Origin: an uncultured delta proteobacterium
GTDB taxonomy: Bacteria > Desulfobacterota > Desulfobacteria > Desulfobacterales > Desulfatirhabdiaceae
Length of the DNA: 64,000 nucleotides
Direction of reading: 5' to 3'
NCBI GenBank assembly: GCA_963789395.1
Contig: CAWBKP010000005.1
Coordinates: 64,001-128,000, forward strand
The notes beneath the pieces are model-generated. The model was given only the letters and a program-made list of their open reading frames with translations, searched no databases and had not been told where the DNA came from. Numbering within the stretch: position 1 is the first letter of the stretch; each line of letters starts with the position of its first letter. A program made the position numbers and the translations under genes. Positions 46,585 through 58,411 of this stretch are shown here, one piece after another.

Positions 46585-47192
46585 ATGTATATTGTGTGTT
46601 CAGACCTGGAAGGCGTTTTTATCCCCGAAATCTGGATAAATGTTGCGGAAAAGACCGGTATTTCCGAACTTCGGCTCACAACCCGCGATATCTCCGATTA
46701 CGATGTTCTGATGAGAAAACGCCTTCAAATCCTTAAGGAAAACCACCTGAAGCTTTCGGATATTCAGGCGGTCATCGACACCATGAATCCGCTCGAAGGG
46801 GCGCTGGAATTCCTGGACTGGCTTCGCGTCCATCACTCAGGTGATCGTGGTATCCGATACATTCAAGGAGTTTGCCGGCCCCATGATGAAAAAACTGGGC
46901 TGGCCCACCCTTTTTTGCCATTCCCTGACAGTTGACGCCAGCGGCATGATCACCAGCTACGATCTTCGTCAGCAGCGGGCCAAGGAAAAAACCACTCTGG
47001 CACTGAAAAGCCTGAATTATCAGATTATCGCCATGGGCGATTCCTATAACGATATCGCCATGCTGAAAGCTGCGGACAAGGGGCCTCTTGTTCAGGCCGC
47101 CTGAAAACGTCATTCGGGAATTTCCCGAATTTCCGGTAACCCATGACTACGACAGCCTGAAGGAATTGATTCAGGCCATCATCAACGAATAG
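46585..47192 (+). CDS. thrH: Phosphoserine phosphatase/homoserine phosphotransferase (frameshifted)
   Basis: [33 protein letters not shown]. Confidence 0.92.
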
Positions 47193-47215
47193 CGTTTTTT
47201 CAAAAATGGACCCTG

Positions 47216-47632
47216 ATGTTAACCCATCGCACGCCTTACCGCGTTATTTACGGCGATACCGACAAAATGGGATTCGGCTATCACGCCAATTATTTCCGCT
47301 GGTTTGAAACCGCGCGCGCGGAAATGTTTCGTTACATCGGCCTTCCCTACAAGGAAATTGAAGCCCGCGGTTTTTTTCTTCCCGTATCCGAACTGCACTG
47401 CAAATTTCTTTATCCGGTTCAGTATGATGATCTGCTGATAATTGAAACCGCGCTCGACAGCAGCATTCGGGGCGGTATCAAATTCGACTATACGGTCTTC
47501 GATGAAAACGGGGCCCGCCCGCTGGCCAGAGGCTATACCCGGCATGCGTTCATGGATAAAGCCGGCAAAGTGGTCCGGCCGCCGGATTTTTTCACCGAAC
47601 TCATTCGCAAGCATTCCATCTTCACCGGATAG
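47216..47632 (+). CDS. YbgC/4HBT-family acyl-CoA thioesterase
   Basis: RVIYGDTDKMG..YHANYFRWFE.AR. Confidence 0.88.
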   Translation: MLTHRTPYRVIYGDTDKMGFGYHANYFRWFETARAEMFRYIGLPYKEIEARGFFLPVSELHCKFLYPVQYDDLLIIETALDSSIRGGIKFDYTVFDENGARPLARGYTRHAFMDKAGKVVRPPDFFTELIRKHSIFTG

Positions 47633-47633
47633 G

Positions 47634-47930
47634 TTGGCATCTGAACTCAATAACCGATGTCAATTTTTTCAGGAAACGCCCCAGGGCATCGTCATCAAAA
47701 TTTATGTTCAACCCCGGTCTTCCCGAAACCGGGTCATCGGTCTTCACGGAGATGCCCTCAAGATTGCGATTCAGGCCCCCCCGGTCGATGATGCCGCCAA
47801 CCGCATGTGCATCGAATTTTTATCCAAATGCCTGAACCTGCCCCGATCAGCCATCGAAATCCTCGGCGGCCACACCAGCAGAATGAAACGGATACTGCTG
47901 AGACTCGCACCCGGTCCCAAATTCTCCTGA
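47634..47930 (+). CDS. DUF167 (YggU) protein
   Basis: VQPRSSR, LKIAIQAPPVDDAAN, GHTSRMK. Confidence 0.85.
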   Translation: MASELNNRCQFFQETPQGIVIKIYVQPRSSRNRVIGLHGDALKIAIQAPPVDDAANRMCIEFLSKCLNLPRSAIEILGGHTSRMKRILLRLAPGPKFS

Positions 47931-48059
47931 ACAGGCTGAAAACTGCAAAAAAACGCCTGCTGTCGCTTCTCGGATCATTCCATTCCAGCGATCACGCCGC
48001 AGCCGCAAAAAAACAGCTTGACTTCCTGACCGCTTTCAATCTATTATGTATTCATTCGA

Positions 48060-48136
<77 letters not shown>

Positions 48137-48146
48137 ATAAATAATC

Positions 48147-48182
48147 AAGGGTTTATGGTCTCAATATCATAAACCCTTTTTT
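48147..48182 (+). terminator. Terminator after the tRNA
   Basis: AAGGGTTTATG...CATAAACCCTT-TTTT. Confidence 0.8.
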
Positions 48183-48277
48183 AATTTTTCAAGCTTCTGA
48201 CAAACTGATCGCAATCAGGCATCAGCCACATCGGCTGTCAACGATCCAGATCAAAGGATATACCCTTTAAAAACATC

Positions 48278-50269
48278 ATGATTGCACCACTCTTCTTCAT
48301 TTCCGCAGATTCTGGCGCCGGCAGGCAACAAGGCCAGCTTTCTGGCGGCCCTGGCTGCCGGGGCAGACGCCATATACTGCGGCCTGAAGCAGCTTTCCGC
48401 CCGCATGGAAGCCAAGAACTTTACACTGGAAGAACTCGCCGGACTGACGGAACTGGCCCATGCCAAAGGCGCACAGGGTTTATGTCACACTGAACACGCT
48501 GATCAAGCCGGATGAACTGGATCCGGCTGGAAAGCTCATGGATGATCTGAACCGCCATGTGCATCCCGACGCCCTGATCATTCAGGATCTGGCGCTGATC
48601 GCGCTGGCCCGGCAGGCCGGGTTTTCCGGCGAGATTCACCTGTCCACCCTGGCCAATGTGAGCTTTGGCAAAGCGCTGAGCCTGATCCGCCATATTCCCG
48701 GAGTTAGCCGGGTCGTACTTCCCCGAGAACTCAGCGTTGACGAAATCAAGCAGATCGCCGGGATCTGTCCCGAAAACATCGGCCTGGAAATTTTCGTTCA
48801 CGGCGCCCTGTGTTACGGGGTCTCCGGCAGATGCTACTGGAGCAGTTTTTTTGGGGGTAAAAGCGGCCTGAGGGGCAGATGCGTTCAGCCCTGCAGGCGG
48901 CTTTATACGCAGGAGCGCACACAGAATCGTTTTTTTTCCTGTCAGGATCTCAGCCTGGATGTCCTGGTCAAAGTCCTTCGGCCGGTTCCGGCGATTCGGG
49001 CATGGAAAATCGAAGGCCGCAAAAAAAGCCCCCATTATGTGTACTACACGGTACGGGCATATCAACTGCTCCGGGATCATGTTCAGGATGCGCATCTTCG
49101 AAAAGAGGCGATTGACCTGCTCTCACGCGCCCTGGGCCGGACCGGAACCCATTACGGTTTTCTGTCTCAAAGGCCCATGAATCCCATTCAAATAGACCGG
49201 CAGACCGGCTCCGGACTCTGTGTGGGTCATGTTTCGGAAGAAAGCGGCCGTCCCCGTGTCGTACTCAAGCAGGGGCTTTTTCCCGGCGATGTCCTGCGTG
49301 TCGGCTACGAAGACGAACCCTGGCATGTCAGCCTGAAAATCAGCCGCCCGGTTTCAGAGGGTACCCGGTTTGATCTGACATCCGGTGGCAAAATCGCCTC
49401 CGCAGAACGGGTCTCCGGTATTCTTGACAGACCGCCGCGAGCCGGAATTGATCTGCAAAGATATCGGCGCTTGAGGCACAGATTCCACCGGTTAGGACCG
49501 ATCTGCCGCCTTCCCGATTTCAGCCAATCCTTCCCCGAAAACGCCTTCCCAAGACAAAAGCCGTTGAACAGAGGGTTTACCGGATAGCCCCGGAAATCCG
49601 GCAAAGCCCGTGAAGAAGTCGGACATCTGGCTGTCTCAGGAAACGTTTCAGGCCGTTTCCGCCACATCTGGCCTCTGCCAAAAAATCTGGTGGTGGCTTA
49701 CCCCTGCGCTCTGGCCTGTCGATGAAGCCGATCTTCAAGTCTCTGATTGCACAGCTGTTGCAAAAAGGGTGCCAGACAGTTTGTCCTGAACGCCCCCTGG
49801 CAGATCGCTTTTTTTCAGAATCCCGGCAAACTTTCCCTCTGGGCCGGTCCGTTCTGCAACCTGAGCAATCCCTTGTCCATCCATGAGGTCAAATCCTATG
49901 GTTTCTCCGGAGCCATTGTCAGTCCGGAGCTGGGGCAGACGGATTACCTTTCTCTTCCCGGGCAGAGCCCCCTGCCCCTGGGAATCGTGCTTTCCGCGAA
50001 CTGGCCGTTAAGCATTTCCCGGATTCTCTCGGATCACCTGAAACCCGATACCCTATTTCAGAGCCCGAAGGGAGAAATGGCATGGGCGAGCTTATCGGAT
50101 TCCAATTACTGGGTTTATCCCAACTGGATGCTTAATTTGACGGGCTACCGCAAGGAACTGGAACAGGCCGGCTTCCAGCGATTCGTTCATCTGACGGAAC
50201 CTGTCCCGCCGTCCATCCGGATGAAAGACAGACCCGGAAACTGGAACTGGAGAATTATCGCTTCAATGA
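48278..50269 (+). CDS. U32 peptidase-family protein (RlhA/TrhP-like RNA hydroxylation; frameshifted)
   Basis: ILAPAG, GADAIYCG, SARMEA.NF, RELS, VHGALCYGVSGRC, RGRCVQPCR, KIEGR. Confidence 0.88.
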
Positions 50270-50784
50270 ACCATTCATTATTCATGGAAGAAGCGCTGTC
50301 CGAGGCCAGACAGGCCCTTGACCGGGGAGAGTTTCCGGTCGGGTGCGTAATCGTTCACGAGGGAAAGATTATTGCGACCGGATCCCGGCAGGGAACTGCA
50401 GGAGATCTTGTCAGCGAAACCGATCATGCCGAGATACTGGCATTAAAGCAGCTTGAGAGGTCTCGCGCCGGTCGATCACAGCCGAGCTGACCCTCTACTG
50501 CACCCTTGAGCCCTGCCTGATGTGCTTTGGCGCGATTCTCATCAGCGGCATCCGGCGTATCGTGTTTGCCTACGAAGATGTGATGGGCGGCGGGACCCGA
50601 TGCGATTTGGGCCGAATGCCCCCATTGTACAGCAGCCGGCCGGTTTACCATCGTTCCCCATATCCTTCGCGACAAAAGCCTTTTTCTGTTTAAATCTTTT
50701 TTTTCAAATCCGGATAACGCCTACTGGAAAGACAGCCTTCTGGCCGCATACACTTTATCCGCCTCTTTCTCGGCGCCATCCTGA
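50266..50784 (+). CDS. Nucleoside/tRNA adenosine deaminase-like protein (frameshifted)
   Basis: FMEEAL.EA, EFPVGCVI, HAE, and TLEPCLMC in the alternate frame. Confidence 0.85.
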
Positions 50785-50836
50785 ATGCGTCCGTCACCCG
50801 ATTCCGGCTTTTTTATGACACGATTGATAATATATG

Positions 50837-50866
50837 TTGACATTGTCATTTCATCAGCTGTATTAT
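50837..50866 (+). promoter_or_regulatory. Putative sigma70 promoter giving csp a long 5' UTR
   Basis: TTGACA-N18-TATTAT about 130 nt upstream of the csp start. Confidence 0.5.
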
Positions 50867-50996
50867 TGGAACAAATCAGTAAAGATATCGCAAAATACTG
50901 CGATATCGGTTCGAGCAGAAGGATTGTTCCATGTTGCCACAGTGACGACCTGAAGTCTGGGACCTTGATGATATTTTATGAAAGGAGGAAAACACT

Positions 50997-51197
50997 ATGG
51001 CAAATGGAATTGTAAAATGGTTTAATGACAGCAAGGGTTTCGGTTTTATTGAGCAGGAAAACGGAAAGGATGTATTCGTACATCATTCCGCCATCAATTC
51101 AACCGGATTCAAATCACTTTCTGAAGGCGATCGCGTCACATTTGATGTGGTTCAAGGCCCCAAAGGTCCTGCCGCAGCAAACGTCACCCGCTTATAA
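50997..51197 (+). CDS. cspA: Cold-shock protein
   Basis: VKWFN, KGFGFI, VFVH, GPAAANV. Confidence 0.95.
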   Translation: MANGIVKWFNDSKGFGFIEQENGKDVFVHHSAINSTGFKSLSEGDRVTFDVVQGPKGPAAANVTRL

Positions 51198-51221
51198 TTA
51201 GCCAAAACTAATTAACACTTA

Positions 51222-51256
51222 AAGGCATTCATGTGAAAACATGAATGCCTTTTTTT
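51222..51256 (+). terminator. Rho-independent terminator
   Basis: AAGGCATTCATG-tgaaaa-CATGAATGCCTT-TTTTT. Confidence 0.9.
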
Positions 51257-51279
51257 ATTTCCCAACGCTGATCATTCTA

Positions 51280-52345
51280 TCACACTACAAACTTGCCTTT
51301 TTCGGAATCCACCACCAGAGAGATGTGATGATCGGGCATCAAAGGGTCTCCTGAAACATCGATGTGCCGGATATCAAACCGTTTTTTGAGATAATGAATG
51401 TTTTCATTTTTCAGCCCCCGCATGGTCGAAATTCGTTTCGGGTTAACCCGAAGGGTGACCGACTCCAAGACCCTGCCGCTGCTCTTTATCAGTTCAATGA
51501 CCCTGTCGCGATAGATCTCCGCAATCACCAGGTGGCCAAAGGCCGGGTGGAACGGCCCTGCCAGAAGGATGGAACCGTTTTCCAGATCCGCTGTCGCCTG
51601 AAGCCCCATTCGAATGACAGGAATGTTGCTTTCCTGAAACATCAGATACAGCCTTTTCACCAGGGAAACAGCGGCTGAAAGGGATAACGGGGTATATCGC
51701 CCCTTGCGGTACCAGTCAGCCAGCGGGCTGTGTTCCAGAACAACCGCGGGGTAAATCCGTACAAAATCCGGACATAAGGCGGCAATTTGCCGGCCTGTCG
51801 AAATGGCGCCGGCATCATCGTCACCGGGAAGCCCCACCATCATCTGTATCCCCACTTCATAGCCGCTGTCTTTTGCCAGATGCGCCGCACAGGCCGTATG
51901 CCGCGCCGTGTGCCCCCTTCGGCTCATCGCCAGAACCGCATCGTTCATGGACTGCGCACCGATCTCGATCGTCGATACGGGAAATCCCTCCAGGATTTCC
52001 AGCCGGTCTTTCGTAAGGGTATCCGGCCGCGTCGAAAACCGGATACCGTCCACGATTCCCTCATGGACAAACGGTGTGGCGGCATTCAGAAGCCTGAGAA
52101 TTTCCTGGCGGTCGATGCCCAGAAAATTTCCGCCGAAAAAGGCGATCTGCACGGGTTTGCGGCCGGGGGTCAGATATTTGAGATACGATCGAATGGCGGC
52201 TTCGATTTGGGCAGTGGAAGGCGCCTCGAGCTTCGGACCGGGTGATGGCTTTCTGATTGCAGAAAACACATTGATGGGGGCAGCCGGCATGCGGAATAAA
52301 TACCGGAATGATAAACGGTTTTACAGGGCTTTCAACGGGAGGCAT
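51280..52345 (-). CDS. Radical SAM protein, Elp3/YhcC-like (frameshifted)
   Basis: GCPHQCVFCNQ, FFGGNF, STRPD, EIGAQS, MVGLPG, RIYP, GPFHPAFG. Confidence 0.9.
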
Positions 52346-53037
52346 GCTTCATGAAGATATCGAAGGCTTTTCGCGCCGCATCCTGCTCCGCATTTTTTTT
52401 GCTTTTGCCAAACCCCTTTGCCTGAATGTCTCCACAAGTCAGCTGGACGATAAACGTCTTATCATGATCCGGACCGGTTTCGGCGGCAACGGTATAATTC
52501 GGCAACGGCCCCTGGGCGCTCTGAATCAATTCCTGAAACTTGCTCTTATAGTCCTGAACCGCAACCGAAGGCGCATTCGCCTCTATCAGGGGCTTCATAT
52601 AGCGGGAAACGATCTGAAACACGACAAGGATAGCCGCCATCCAGGTAAACAGCAGCCATCAGGGCTTCGAAGGTATTGGCCAGTATGGACGGCTTTTTGC
52701 GGCCATGGGTCAGGCTTTCACCCTTTCCAAGCTGAACATGTTCTCCGAGGCTGAGTTCGCCCGCGATATGCGACAGCTGAAACTCATTGACCAGATGCGC
52801 CCGCATCCGGGACAGGTGGCCTTCGTTAAAATCCGGATAATACATCATCAGCAAATGGCCGGTGATCAGGTTCACCACGGCATCGCCCAAAAATTCCAGG
52901 CGCTCGTTGTCCGGCAGCCCCTTTCCCTGCATTTCATTGACAAATGAGCTGTGCCGAAGGGCTTCTTCAAGAAGCGCCGGATCGGTAAAAGAATACCCGA
53001 GTTTTTTTTCCAATTCTGACGGGCAAGGATGGGACAT
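52332..53037 (-). CDS. rnc: Ribonuclease III (frameshifted)
   Basis: NERLEFLGDA, FEALMAAVYLDGG, dsRBD DYKS...GKSKKNAEQDAA. Confidence 0.95.
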
Positions 53038-53043
53038 AACAGA

Positions 53044-53927
53044 TCAAACCATCGTCTGTTGACGTTTCAAAAGCAGATCATAGACGGAATACGGGACAAA
53101 AAAATCCCCTTTCCCGTATCCCATTTGGATATCCGGCTTGATGGCGCCATGAAAATCGGTTCCACCGGTAATCGCCAGATCATGGCTCAGGGCAAGACGG
53201 GAATAGAATTCAACATTTTCCGAAGAATGCTCGGGATAATACACTTCAATCCCCTGCAAGCCCATTTCCTTCAGGGTTGCCACAAGGGATTCCAGGCGGG
53301 AATTATCCGAAATTCGAAGAAGATAGGGATGGGCCAGAACCGGTATGCCACCGGCTTCTGTAATCATTTCAATCGCTTTTTGACAGTCCAGCCTGAATTT
53401 ATCCACATAGGCGGGCTTGTTGAATCCCAGATAGGCATCAAAAGCTTCATCAAATGTCCGGACAAAACCTTTTTTTATCATCAACTGCGCAATATGCGGC
53501 CTGCCGATCTGAGCTTCTCCGGATGCCTGAATCACTTCCTCCAGCGTAATATCCAGCCCCATTGCATTCAGGCGGCTGATGATGCAGCGGATTGCGGTTT
53601 TCTCTGGCGTGTTGCAGGGTTTCCAGGGTTTGGTTCAGCGACCGGATCATTCAACCGAATGCCATAGCCCAGAATATGAAAACTTCCCGCAACTGCGTAT
53701 GAAGCTGGCGGGGTGGTACTGATTTCAATACCGGTAAGCACGCGAACAGGCGATGAACCGGCGGCTTCAAGCAGGTCCCTGGATCCTTTCAGGGTGTCAT
53801 GATCTGTAATCGAAATCGCCCCAAGATCAAGCTTTTCGGCCAGCCGAAGAATGTCAACAGGAGACAGCGTTCCATCGGATGCGGTTGAATGAATATGCAG
53901 GTCGATTCCTGCCTGATTACAGTCCAA
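53044..53927 (-). CDS. PHP-domain phosphoesterase (TrpH/YciV-like; frameshifted)
   Basis: DLHIHSTASDG, ITDHD, GIEIS, HILGY, GRPH, LAHP, GGTDFHG. Confidence 0.9.
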
Positions 53928-54279
53928 GGGCTTTTTCCAAAGTCTCCTCTTTGGTTTTACAGTCAATACATTGGGTTGTTACCGGCCTTGCTTTCAGACG
54001 ATCAAATGAAATATCTTCCCCGCAGGATTCACAGATACCGAAGGTACCGGTTTCAATCCGCGCCAAAGCTTTCTTGACCTTCAGAATGAGCTTGCTCTCC
54101 CTGTCCCGAATTCGCAGCATGAAATTGCGGTCTGCCTCCAGAGATGCCCTGTCTGTCGGATCTGGAAAATTCTCCTTGGGAGAGGTCATTCCGGATACGG
54201 TTTCATCTGCCTGACTGAGCAGTTCTTCGAGCAGGTTGTTCAACTGTTCCTTAAAAAAATCAAGCTCTTTTTTTTTCAT
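53917..54279 (-). CDS. dksA: RNA polymerase-binding factor DksA
   Basis: DPTDRA, RDRE.KL, C4 zinc finger CESC...RLKARP...CIDC. Confidence 0.93.
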   Translation of the reverse strand: MKKKELDFFKEQLNNLLEELLSQADETVSGMTSPKENFPDPTDRASLEADRNFMLRIRDRESKLILKVKKALARIETGTFGICESCGEDISFDRLKARPVTTQCIDCKTKEETLEKALGL

Positions 54280-54522
54280 AATCGAACCTATTGGCATCCT
54301 GTCGCTGGATCAGCGTATTTAAGAATATTGTGGCTAAAAAGCTCACGTCACGATCATTCCATAAAAAAACAAAGTCACAAAAAAATCATACGTAGTAAGA
54401 TTCATTGAAAATTTATTGCGGCAGGAGAAAACAATATTATTGAAATGTTTAAGATAACAAAAATGATCTTCTCTGTAAAGGGGAAAATGACTTCGGGTTT
54501 GAGGGATAAGTATGCGGCGAAA

Positions 54523-55631
54523 TCAGGTCTGGGAAAACACAATATCCTGAGCTTTTTCAAATGCTTCTTCGGCAATTTCCCGCTGTTTGAAAATGAGGCC
54601 GCCGGGCCTGTCGAGCTCAATGGCATTCTTGATTTTCTGCAATTCAACCAGCGCCATGTTTCTGATCTCGTCCCGCGCATGGATATTTTCCAGCAATTCA
54701 GAAATCGTTTCGATCATCCGGTTGATCTGCAATAAGCGTCTCGTGCTGTAACAGGGTGAACTGCTCATCCCGGATTCGCTCATAAACCGGTTTAATCCGG
54801 GCAATCATGTCGTCCATGCAATCGAGATCGTCCCAGGGACGCTGCATTTCCAGGACATGGCGCAAACTCGAAAGATCGGCGGCAGCTTCCGGATGTGCTT
54901 CAATTTCGGACTGAAATGCAGTGAATTTTTCAAACGATTTGCGCCACGATTCCCAGCGGACAGCCCCGTTTTCATAGAAATTCTTCAATCGGACAACTGT
55001 ATGGAAAATAGACACCAGTTCTGCTTGCCCGTCGCGGACCACACAGATTTTTTCATACGGATCCGGTATGGCCAGCCACGCCCTGGATAAATGACAAACA
55101 GGAGCGGATATCCGCCGCTCCGGGGTATTGCCCGGTTTCAGCCAAGCGGCCGAAACCGGCAAGCGATGCTTTCCATTGTTTCAGACAATCGCCAAGGAAA
55201 TGGATCAGATCATCCTGATCCATAGGGCAATCCATGCCGAATATCTTCCTGACAGGTGTCGACAACAGCCTCCATTTCACCGGATGCCAGACGTTTTCGG
55301 GGAATGACTTGAATCCGCTCCCATTGATCGGGCGTCTCCAGAAAGACACTGGAATGATGATGCAGGGAAAACGTTGCCATTCACCACGCAGGAAATCATT
55401 CGATCGGAAAAAAGGCTGGAAATGATTCCGGCGATTCTTGACCCGGACCATGCATCGGGTTGCCCCGAAAACCGGGAGAACACCTCCGAGAGCAAAACCG
55501 GCGTCTCCGAAGAGGCGCTGTCATCCAAAAAAGCCATTACCCGTTTGAGATCGCCGGGGTCTGTTCTTGTTAAACCCCAGCGGAAGCTGAAGGTGCCGGG
55601 AAAAAACCTTATCGTCATTTGCCATTTTCAT
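54523..55631 (-). CDS. Helical protein of about 370 aa resembling the C-terminal region of BREX ATPase BrxC (frameshifted)
   Basis: Collinear fragments RFSGQPDAW, DDLIHFLGDCLKQWKASLAGFGRLAETGQYPG, LKNFYE...W, LRHVLEMQRPW, IRNMALVELQKIK. Similarity to BrxC is recalled, not searched. Confidence 0.6.
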
Positions 55632-55765
55632 GATGTTGGGTCTTGTCAGGGATGAATTGTCTTGATAGATATCGAAGATAACTTTTCAAAAAATTAACAT
55701 ATCCTGCGGGATTCTTCAAGTTTCCCGGACATGGATTTTTCACAGAAAAGGGATAATCTCGTCCA

Positions 55766-56323
55766 ATGGAAGGCCATCATCTGATTCTCGGGGAACTGGT
55801 GGATGTCGATTACCGGCCAGGTGCTCCCGGACACCCATGACGAACGGTACCGCCAGAAGCTGGCCAGGCTCCTGATGGATGCCAAAGGGTATGCCCGAAA
55901 GGATATTCAAAGCCGGTGCAGCCTTCGGGTCAAGGCAGGGGACAACTGCGCCATCGTGAAAGTGGATATGGCCGTAACCATTGCCGACAGAATCTGCATG
56001 ATCATCAAATACGGCCCGGGTTCGCTGGTCACCCGGCATCGCCCGGCTCTGGCCGCATCCCGGCTTCTGGCCCCGTATCAGATCCCCGTTGTCGTGGTCA
56101 CCAACGGCGAGGACGCCGATATCCTGGACGGCCGTACCGGGGAGGTGATCGGCAGCGGCCTGGAGAACATCCCGGCCAGACCGGAACTTGCCGCACGGTG
56201 TGCTCCTTTTCATTTCCGCCCATCGCAGAATCCCGCGCCGAAATCGAAAGCCGCATCGTGTATGCTTATGAAGTCGACGGCGCCTGCCCCTGCGATGATT
56301 CCGTCTGCCGGATCACAACGTGA
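55766..56323 (+). CDS. Stand-alone type I restriction enzyme HsdR N-terminal-like domain protein (frameshifted)
   Basis: DTHDERYRQKLARLL...KGY, VD.AV, GSLVTR.RPALA.SRL, VVTNGEDA.ILDG.TG, C-terminal CPC...C. Confidence 0.7.
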
Positions 56324-56411
56324 TGATTTTTCGTCATGGTTTCGAATTTGATGCTTGAAAATTCGAAATCAAAACAGGGGTCCCGGTCAGAATCTGCTTA
56401 CCAGCATGTCT

Positions 56412-57180
56412 TTATGGATTCATGGCAATGAGGGCCGCGCCGATGGCGCCGGTCAACTGGGCGTTGGGGGTCACCACAAGGGAATGGCCGATTTTTTTTT
56501 CAAGCGAGCGGACAACACCGCTGTTCTGGGCAACGCCGCCGGTCATCATGATGGGCGGAATCCAGCGGATGCGCCCGGCCATGGCGGACACGCGGGCGGC
56601 AATGGAATCATGGATGCCGGCAATGATGTTTTCCCGGCTTTCTCCCTTTGCAATCAGTGAAATGACCTCGGATTCCGCAAATACCGTGCACAGACTGCTG
56701 ATGGATGCCGGATGATCGGCGGCAAGCGAGAGGCTGCCAAAATCCGACATGTCCACCTCCAGGGCCCTGGCCATGACCTCCAGGAACCTGCCGGTTCCGG
56801 CGGCGCACTTGTCGTTCATGGCAAAGTCCTTGACCCGGCCGGTTTCATCCAGGAGAATGACCTTGCTGTCCTGGCCGCCGATATCGATGACGGACCGGAT
56901 CTCCGGGATTCATATACCGGGCGCCCGCGGCATGGCAGGTGATTTCCGTGATTGCCCGATCCGCAAAAGTGATGCTTTTGCGGCCGTATCCGGTGGCGAC
57001 GATTCCTTGAATGTCGGAGGGATTCAGGCCAAGACCGGATACAATGCCTTCAAAGAGCTGATCCCCGGCATTTTTGGCATTATATCCGGTGCGAAGGATC
57101 CGGACCGCCAGAATGCTGCCATCCCGCATGACCGCCGCCTTGGCGGTAATCGAACCAATATCAATCCCTACGGTCACCAT
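56412..57180 (-). CDS. CoA-substrate-specific enzyme activase (HgdC/BcrAD-family ATPase; frameshifted)
   Basis: GIDIGSITAK, TGYGR, EITCH, IDIGGQDSK, MNDKCAAGTGRF, CTVFAESE, GGVA.N. Confidence 0.93.
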
Positions 57181-57183
57181 CGG

Positions 57184-58400
57184 TTAAAGCATCTCCATGA
57201 AGGCATCGATCCGGGTTTCAATCTGGGCCTCTGAAAAACTGCGCTCATCCACCATGTCGGCTTCCAGCATGAGGGTCGGAAGGCCCCGCTTTTCCTGAAT
57301 GATCCGCCGGATATCATACTGGCCGAACGAATAGGGCTTGCAGCTTCGGTTGGAGTGCATGACCAGACCCTGAACATCGTATTTGTCGATCATGGCAATG
57401 ACTTGCTCGGCCATTTGATCCACCCCGATATTCAGATAAATCCGGCTGTAGCCCTCTGCCATGGTGTTGATAAAATCAGACGGATCGATGTATTTCATGG
57501 ATCCGCACCAGGCCGAGGTATAGGTGTCCGCAACCAGGCAGGCGCCGCGTGCGGCAAATTTGTCCGAAAGCCACCGGGTCCGGTACCAGACCGGAAGGTT
57601 GTCCCACAGCAGCCGGAATTTTTCAAAAGGCACGGCGCTGATGCCTTCGCTGATCCGGGTGTTCATCTCCGCCAGCAGCATCCTGTAATAATCAACGGCA
57701 GTCTGCGTTCCCCGAAGGGTGACGATCAGCGCCAGGTGAAAAAAAGCATCAAAGGCGCTCATGGGCGCCGGCTTATGAACCGTCGTATCCAGAACAGCCT
57801 GCCACAGGCGCTGGCCCTTCGATGGAAAGCCTGCCGACCTCGGCCATTTTGTCCCGGTCCAGTTTTTTTCCGCAAACCTGCTCTAAAAACAGGATATATT
57901 CTTCAACCTGGCGCTTGACATAGCTTCGGACTTCACTTGAAAATTCCGTATGGCAGACCGGGGTATCCAGAATAAAGAGCGGCACGTTGTAATAGCGGGC
58001 CTGGACCTCGTACCATTTTAATACCGTTCCGCAGATATTGTTGCAGCAGATCAGCATGTCCGGCCGGGGAAGTCCGCCGATCGGGCCGCCGTCAACCGTC
58101 GAGCAGGCAATGTCGGCGCGGGCATATGAGCACAAGTCCCTGGAATAGCCCATGGCTTCCGCCTTTTCGCATAAATCCACCCCCATGTGGGAAGCGCCGA
58201 TCATGGCCCCGTGATTTTCCGGATAGACGGGAATCACATCCATGGCAATGAGCGGCTCCACCGGCCCGCCGCTGGTGATCCAGGCGATTTTTTTCCCTGT
58301 TTCACCGGCGGTTTTGGCCTCGATGTAGTAATGGGTCATGATTTCCTTCATTTTCTGGACCGACTTGATTTTCCGCCGCTCCTTATCCGGATCAGAGCAT
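57184..58400 (-). CDS. 2-hydroxyacyl-CoA dehydratase subunit (HgdA/B family; frameshifted)
   Basis: YPENHG, DLCSY, NICGTVLKW, SCKP, EADMVD, TRIDAFME. Confidence 0.9.
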
Positions 58401-58411
58401 GGATCGTCTCC

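Noticed and set aside
49747..50490. Apparent fusion of the U32 protein C-terminus to the deaminase
   Set aside because: Removing one base near 50251 gives ...WNWELSLQ* with a standard ATGA overlap at 50266-50269, so the fusion is best explained as an indel artefact.
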